Part shown: positions 54,733 through 59,998 of the stretch, piece after piece
Layout of the letters: each line of letters opens with the position of its first letter
Position numbering within the stretch: position 1 is the stretch's first letter
The notes under the pieces: model-generated
Databases searched by the model: none
What the model was told of the DNA's origin: nothing
What the model saw: only the letters and a program-made list of their open reading frames with translations
Made by a program: the position numbers and the translations under genes
Source: an uncultured Candidatus Saccharibacteria bacterium
GTDB taxonomy: Bacteria > Patescibacteriota > Minisyncoccia > Phycocordibacterales > UBA9973
Reading direction: 5' to 3'
Assembly: GCA_964361705.1 (NCBI GenBank)
Contig: CAYIBP010000004.1
Location: 1 to 59,998, forward strand
DNA length: 59,998 nucleotides

Positions 54733-55572
54733 ATGCCCCGCTATATAGACATACACAGCCATGTGAATTTAAATGCTTTCAAAGATGATGCTGATCTGGT
54801 TTTAAGGCGCGCACTGGACAATGATACTTGGGTTATAAATGTAGGTACGCAGATAGATACTTCTAAGAAAGCGATAGAGCTAGCAGAAAAATATGATGAA
54901 GGCGTATATGCAATAGTTGGGCTTCATCCGGTGCATACCAGCGCGTCTTTTCACGATGAGCAAGAGCTCGGCGGTGAAGGCAAGGCTTTTACTTCGCGTG
55001 GAGAGATTTTTGACAAAGAAAAATATCGTGAGCTTTTGAAAAATCCAAAAGTGGTGGCGATAGGCGAGTGTGGGTTGGACTATTATCATTTAGACGATAC
55101 AGCAATACAAAAAGAAAAGGAAGCATTTATAGAACAGATAGAACTCGCAAATGAATTTGGTAAGCCACTGATGTTGCACATTCGGAATAATCCAAAAGAT
55201 AAAACCAATAATGCATATACGGATGCGCTGGAGATTTTGAAAAAGTATTCAAAAGTAAAAGGAGATGTGCATTTTTTTGCTGGCAATGCAGATATAGCGC
55301 AAGCGTATTTGGATTTTGGTTTTACTCTTTCGTTTACGGGCGTCATTACTTTTACGCATGATTATGATGAAGTCATAAAAATGACTCCGCTAGATATGAT
55401 AATGTCCGAGACTGATGCGCCATATGTGACTCCTGTGCCACATAGGGGCAAGAGGAATGAACCTGTCTATGTAAAAGAAGTTGTCAAAAAAATCGCCGAA
55501 ATAAAGGGTTTACCTGAAGAAGAAGTGGCGAGGGTCATAGTGCAGAATGCAAAGAGGGTATTTGGTTTGTAA
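54733..55572 (+). CDS. tatD: TatD family nuclease
   Basis: IDIHSH, GLHP, IGECGLDY, LHIR, SETDAPY and RGKRNEP. Confidence 0.95.
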   Translation: MPRYIDIHSHVNLNAFKDDADLVLRRALDNDTWVINVGTQIDTSKKAIELAEKYDEGVYAIVGLHPVHTSASFHDEQELGGEGKAFTSRGEIFDKEKYRELLKNPKVVAIGECGLDYYHLDDTAIQKEKEAFIEQIELANEFGKPLMLHIRNNPKDKTNNAYTDALEILKKYSKVKGDVHFFAGNADIAQAYLDFGFTLSFTGVITFTHDYDEVIKMTPLDMIMSETDAPYVTPVPHRGKRNEPVYVKEVVKKIAEIKGLPEEEVARVIVQNAKRVFGL

Positions 55573-55609
55573 CTTTACTTTTGCTAACTCTTTTGATAGT
55601 ATGGGATTT

Positions 55610-56122
55610 ATGCAAGAGGACGAAAATAAAGAAGATGTTTTGATGTCTTCAAACACAAAAGAGTCAGGAGATGGACGAGTTTATGAGCTCGGTTATCTTA
55701 TCGTGCCTACTATTTCAGATGAAAATATACCGGCCAAATATAGCGCGCTTAAAGACCTCATAGTAAATATGAGTGGTGAGCTTATTTCTGACGAAATGCC
55801 CAAGCTGATAAATCTGGCTTATACTATGGATAAGGTCATACAAAACGTTCACAACAAATTTGACACTGCATATTTTGCTTGGATAAAGTTTGACATGGAT
55901 CCTAAAAAAGTCGGTGAACTCAAGAAAAAGCTCGATCTAGATGTTGAATTGGTTAGATTTTTGATATTGAAGACTGTCCGTGAAAATACCATTGCCGCTA
56001 AGAGATTCATAGGTAAAGATTCAAGGAGAAAGATACCAAGCACAAAGAAAGAAGGCGAAGCGGAGATACCTATAGACAAAGAAGAAATAGACAAAGAAAT
56101 AGATGCGATGGTTGCGGTATAA
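55610..56122 (+). CDS. rpsF: 30S ribosomal protein S6 with terminal extensions
   Basis: YELGYLIVP, LAY.M, AYF.W..F and LVRFLI; followed by ssb and rpsR in the conserved order. Confidence 0.88.
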   Translation: MQEDENKEDVLMSSNTKESGDGRVYELGYLIVPTISDENIPAKYSALKDLIVNMSGELISDEMPKLINLAYTMDKVIQNVHNKFDTAYFAWIKFDMDPKKVGELKKKLDLDVELVRFLILKTVRENTIAAKRFIGKDSRRKIPSTKKEGEAEIPIDKEEIDKEIDAMVAV

Positions 56123-56164
56123 TCGAATAAAACCATCCAGTTAGCTTAAACAAAAAACAAAAAT

Positions 56165-56620
56165 ATGTATTTGAATAAAGCAATAATAATAGGCAACCTG
56201 ACTCGCGATCCAGAACTCCGATCTTTACCATCGGGGATCAAGGTCTGCTCATTTTCTTTAGCTACAAACCGCGTATGGAAAGACAAGAATGGCGCTCGTC
56301 AGGAATCTGCTGATTATCACAATGTAGTAATTTTTGGCAGACAAGCAGAGACGGTTGCCCAGTACATGAAGAAAGGTAATTCTATGCTGGTAGAAGGTAG
56401 AATGCAGACTAGAAGCTGGGATGACAAAAACAGCGGAGAGAAGAAATATCGCACCGAAATAGTAGCAGATCGTGCGCAATTTGGTCCTAAAGGTAGCGTT
56501 GGCGGAGGATCTTCTTATCAAAACAATTCGTCAAAATCAGAAGCCCCAAAAGATTCAGGTGAAGTCGATACCATAGAATATCCGGAAGAAGACATAAATC
56601 CAGAAGATATACCATTTTAA
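56165..56620 (+). CDS. ssb: Single-stranded DNA-binding protein
   Basis: GNLTRDPELR, VEGRMQTRSW and C-terminal EDIPF. Confidence 0.97.
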   Translation: MYLNKAIIIGNLTRDPELRSLPSGIKVCSFSLATNRVWKDKNGARQESADYHNVVIFGRQAETVAQYMKKGNSMLVEGRMQTRSWDDKNSGEKKYRTEIVADRAQFGPKGSVGGGSSYQNNSSKSEAPKDSGEVDTIEYPEEDINPEDIPF

Positions 56621-56639
56621 TAAAATTTAAAAACATCAT

Positions 56640-56840
56640 ATGAAACAAGACTTTTTTTCAGCCAATAATATAAAATACATAGATTACAAAGATTTAGATA
56701 TTCTAAAGAAATTTCTAAATCCAAATGCCAAGCTGATAGGGCATAGGCGTACTGGTATAACCATGAAGAATCAACGCCAGCTAGCCAGCGCCATCAAAAT
56801 CGCTCGATTCTTCGGCCTCTTGCCTTTTGTTGCAAAATAG
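56640..56840 (+). CDS. rpsR: 30S ribosomal protein S18 (Zn-free type)
   Basis: IDYKD...L.KF......I..RRTG....QRQLA.AIK.AR..GLLPF; no CxxC. Confidence 0.95.
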   Translation: MKQDFFSANNIKYIDYKDLDILKKFLNPNAKLIGHRRTGITMKNQRQLASAIKIARFFGLLPFVAK

Positions 56841-56925
56841 TTTTTTTTATGTTTTTATACTATAAAAAGAAGTTGTCTCCAAGGCAACTTCATGGTTCCT
56901 AACAATATGACAACCGGAGAAGACC

Positions 56926-57099
56926 ATGTCTATCATCAGCGATGAATCTTCTACGACGCCCAAGACCGAGGCCGAGATTGCAGCCGAGGTCAAGGCCGCG
57001 GAGGAATTCAGAAGATGGATCACTCAGGTGGCGGTGTTTTCCCCCTTCAACCCACCACCGGAAGCTCCAAAAGAAAAAAGCACAGGTTACATTTTTTGA
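56926..57099 (+). CDS. GC-rich orphan small protein (57 aa), below the ORF-track cutoff
   Basis: GGAGAAGACC-ATG start; MSIISDESSTTPKTEAEIAAEVKAAEEFRRWITQVAVFSPFNPPPEAPKEKSTGYIF; upstream TATACT and a downstream hairpin with T-run (about 57118-57146). Confidence 0.55.
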   Translation: MSIISDESSTTPKTEAEIAAEVKAAEEFRRWITQVAVFSPFNPPPEAPKEKSTGYIF

Positions 57100-57175
57100 A
57101 TTTCTTTCTTTGCCATGAAAGGTCATTCTACGAATGGCCTTTTTTAACTTTGATTTTGTATTGATTAAAAAGTAT

Positions 57176-57757
57176 CTACACCCTCTCCACATATTCGCCA
57201 GTTTCGGTGTTGATGCGGATGCTGTCGCCTTCGCTTATGAACATAGGCGCGTTTAGGGAATAGCCGTTTTCTAGAACTATCATTTTGTTGCCACCTTTTG
57301 AAGTGTCTCCGCGCACGGCAGGGGGAGCCTCTTTTACTTTAAACTCCATTTTGATAGGTAGCTCTACCTTTATTATTCTTTCTACTTCATCCTCATCGGT
57401 CCAGACTAGCGCGTTGACAAGGCCGTTGTCTTTCAAGAATTTTCCTTTTTCACCTATGATACTCGCCTCGAGCTTGAATCTGTTTTTTGGATCTTCTGGA
57501 GGGCAGAACCAGTATTCGCCTTTATTGTGGTATAGGAATTTTGTTTCTTTTTTTTCTATACCTGCTTCATCTGCGCTGTCTGACACATGAAATGTAGCCG
57601 CTACGGTCTTGCCAGAAATAAGACTTTTTAATTTTACCTGATTTTGAGGTTTGCGTTGCTGGGTTCTGGCTACATGTGAGTCTATGACTTCATAAGGTTC
57701 GCCGTCATGAATGATAATCTTTTTTTCGCGTATTTCATTGTATTGAAGTTGTGACAT
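57176..57757 (-). CDS. efp: Elongation factor P
   Basis: KOW/OB architecture, PPAVRGDT..GG.K...LENG....P.FI.EGD.IRINT..GEYVER. Start set to MSQLQYNE. Confidence 0.93.
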   Translation of the reverse strand: MSQLQYNEIREKKIIIHDGEPYEVIDSHVARTQQRKPQNQVKLKSLISGKTVAATFHVSDSADEAGIEKKETKFLYHNKGEYWFCPPEDPKNRFKLEASIIGEKGKFLKDNGLVNALVWTDEDEVERIIKVELPIKMEFKVKEAPPAVRGDTSKGGNKMIVLENGYSLNAPMFISEGDSIRINTETGEYVERV

Positions 57758-57917
57758 AGCAAGTATATTAGCCCAAAAATGTGTTTTAGGCAACCTTTCA
57801 ACACCCACTAGGCAAGACCTCGTGGGTAACACCTTCAACTATTGCTTTTTTAGTCAGGATTTGGTATAATATATAAGTAACAATAAATCAAGGATATTTC
57901 ATGTTATCCTGAAAATC

Positions 57918-59998
57918 ATGCAAAAATCGTTTAGATTGCGTACTTCGGTCACATTTTTAATAATAATCTCAATGCTCCTGCCATCAGTCGGTCCTGTTTT
58001 AGCGCAGGAAGAAGTAAATGAACCTATCGCTAGGCAAGACCTAGTAATTGATTCTGCTCCTTCTGATACAGAAGATACTGCAGTAGATGAAAGTAATACA
58101 GAAACCGATGTCCCTAAAGAATCAGAAGATACTACTACTTCTGATCCAGCCTCTACTCTGGCTCCCGTACAGCCAAAGATTGATACAAAGATCCGTCCAG
58201 AAGTAGATGAGACTACAGGCGCTTTGCGGTATTCATATCCGATTGAAATTCCACAAGGCAGATCTGGCATGACTCCAAATTTGTCCTTGAATTACAATTC
58301 TGAAAACAAGGATAATCAGTCTGCATTCGGTTACGGTTGGGATTTATCCATCCCCCACATAAGTCGTATAAACAAACATGGAACAAATGAACTTCACGAT
58401 AGATATGATTTTGTTTCTTCTATAGATGGAGAGTTGGAAAAAGTAAATGATACTACATATAGAGCGAAAATAGAAAATGGTAGTTTCAATCAATACACAT
58501 TCATAGACAACGTCTGGACTCTAAAAACCAAAGACGGTCAGACGTATATCTTTGGAGACAATACTTCTAGCAGACAAGATGATACGACACAAGAAAAAAT
58601 ATATAAATGGATGCTCTCCAGAGAATTGGACGCAAATGAAAACATCATTAAATATTCATATTTCAAAGATCAAGGGCAGATATATCCTGAAAAGATTGCG
58701 TATACTTTAAGTTCAACAATAGGTGGGAAATTCGAGGTTGAGTTTGTGAGAGAAGGGAGGACAGACACCATAGAATCATACTCTACGGCTTTTTCTGTGA
58801 AAACAAATTACAGAGTGAACGAAATACAGGCGAAGATAAATGGAACGCAGAGCAGAAAATACATTCTTGATTACACAGTCGGAGACAATGGAGTGAGGTC
58901 TGTACTTTCTGGTATCACTAAATCAGCAGTCAGCGAGTCAGGCATTATCACGACTTTGCCGAGGATGGGGTTTGAGTATAGTAAAAGTGGTTCTACTATT
59001 TATGGTGACACAACCAGACTGAATACGGATGAATTGTATGCTTCAAGTGATATGAATGGACTTGTTGCAGGAGATATAAATGGAGATGCGTATCCTGATA
59101 TGCTAAAAGCTTACGAATATAACTGTTATAATTACTTTTTAAGTAAAAAAACATTTTTATTTAATCCTACTCTGAATCTGTTCCAGGAAAGTCCTACATA
59201 TTTAGTACCAGAAAGTATCATCAACCTTACTCGTTTTTGCTATAGTAAACTTTACGGAGGTACTAGGATTTTAGATGTGAATAGTGATGGTATGGGAGAT
59301 CTTATGAGGACCCCTAACTCTAATTCAAACCCAGCGAGAGAGATAAACAATGGTGATTCTTGGATCCAAGATGCTAAAGGAGATTATCGCGTGGACTACA
59401 ATTTAAATACCTCGTGGTCTTTACATTCACAAGATCTAAATGGAGATGGATTGATAGATTATATACAAGATTCTCCAGACAATGTGAGTGGATGGAACAC
59501 AACGACTTCTATGAACGACGGTTTTGGTTTTGAATACGTATCAAATATTAAACATCATGGAGCAGGGACTAAACCATATTCTTACACCCCAGTTTTTACC
59601 GGAAAGAATGATCATGCCGTGTTTGATATAAATGGTGACAACTTGCCGGATATCGTGGAATCTACAGAGAGGATTTGTTGTGGTTGGAATTCTACTGTCA
59701 CTATGATTCAAAATGTATATATCAATAAAGGGGACTCTTGGTATCTTGATCCATCTTATGTACTCCCAAGAGGATTGATTTTCTATTCAATTAATGCGAG
59801 TGGTGAGTCTAACCAACCTTTTGATATATCTGATTTTAATAATGATGGCTTGAATGATATCTTCAACAGAGAAAATATATACATTAATCAAGGGAAAAGT
59901 TTTATTCCTTATCTTATGAGGCCAAGTTTGCAAGGTGATCTGGGTTCTGCCCGAAATTGCTCGTGTCAAAATCCATATTTCTTGTTTGATATAAATGC
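57918..59998 (+). CDS. Partial (3' truncated) secreted SpvB/TcB-N plus FG-GAP-repeat protein, probable Rhs/YD-repeat polymorphic toxin
   Basis: Absent from the ORF track because there is no stop in the window; open for at least 693 codons by hand translation. Signal peptide (…PVLA|QEE); TGALRYSYPIEIP.GR.G.TP.LSL.YNS...G.GW; five D.N.DG/D..D repeats; promoter TTGCTT-17bp-TGgTATAAT (57842-57870). Confidence 0.85.
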   Translation, partial: MQKSFRLRTSVTFLIIISMLLPSVGPVLAQEEVNEPIARQDLVIDSAPSDTEDTAVDESNTETDVPKESEDTTTSDPASTLAPVQPKIDTKIRPEVDETTGALRYSYPIEIPQGRSGMTPNLSLNYNSENKDNQSAFGYGWDLSIPHISRINKHGTNELHDRYDFVSSIDGELEKVNDTTYRAKIENGSFNQYTFIDNVWTLKTKDGQTYIFGDNTSSRQDDTTQEKIYKWMLSRELDANENIIKYSYFKDQGQIYPEKIAYTLSSTIGGKFEVEFVREGRTDTIESYSTAFSVKTNYRVNEIQAKINGTQSRKYILDYTVGDNGVRSVLSGITKSAVSESGIITTLPRMGFEYSKSGSTIYGDTTRLNTDELYASSDMNGLVAGDINGDAYPDMLKAYEYNCYNYFLSKKTFLFNPTLNLFQESPTYLVPESIINLTRFCYSKLYGGTRILDVNSDGMGDLMRTPNSNSNPAREINNGDSWIQDAKGDYRVDYNLNTSWSLHSQDLNGDGLIDYIQDSPDNVSGWNTTTSMNDGFGFEYVSNIKHHGAGTKPYSYTPVFTGKNDHAVFDINGDNLPDIVESTERICCGWNSTVTMIQNVYINKGDSWYLDPSYVLPRGLIFYSINASGESNQPFDISDFNNDGLNDIFNRENIYINQGKSFIPYLMRPSLQGDLGSARNCSCQNPYFLFDIN

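Noticed and set aside
25012-55609. Long N-terminal extensions in the ORF track for tpiA, recJ, ComEC-MBL, argS, hicA, ileS and rpsF (also dksA, nusA and efp outside this span)
   Set aside because: The extensions overlap neighbouring genes or promoter elements; family homology and -10 spacing support later ATGs.
56899-57192. Minus-strand 97-aa ORF
   Set aside because: It overlaps the efp end and has no start signals; the plus-strand 57-aa ORF has the SD, promoter and terminator.

Overview
Chromosomal segment of an AT-rich, genome-reduced bacterium. It is most consistent with Patescibacteria/CPR (Parcubacteria-like); this is inferred from the split ComEC, FKBP-less trigger factor, short RecO, IleRS with an inserted phosphatase domain and the type IV pilus/surface-fibre cluster. 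Genetic code 11 (TGA is used as stop). The backbone is housekeeping: lexA, HU, rny, clpP, tig, ppa, nusA, tpiA, pgk, recJ, rnhA, glyA, tmk, dut, argS, ileS, recO, GlyRS, metG, tatD, rpsF-ssb-rpsR and efp. A surface-fibre/type IV pilus block spans 14.3-25.1 kb. Accessory spots include a probable polymorphic-toxin C-terminus with its immunity gene at the left edge, a PemK-type TA island, a HicBA-Fic-IS982 island, a metallopeptidase inserted between duplicated metG ends, and an SpvB/FG-GAP (Rhs-type) gene running off the right edge. I found no rRNA, tRNA or CRISPR array. Most notable: (1) an ileS T-box combining an ultrashort Stem I with an intrinsic terminator; (2) a LexA-box-controlled small protein with a MinD-like amphipathic tail, a candidate SOS division inhibitor; (3) short palindromes sitting in frame in essential genes and at an insertion junction; (4) a two-class expression architecture, with many apparently leaderless native genes versus solitary GC-rich, Shine-Dalgarno-led orphan genes carrying boxA-like motifs; (5) a duplicated metG 3' end flanking a foreign gene. 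All annotations come from motif recognition by eye; no database search was run.
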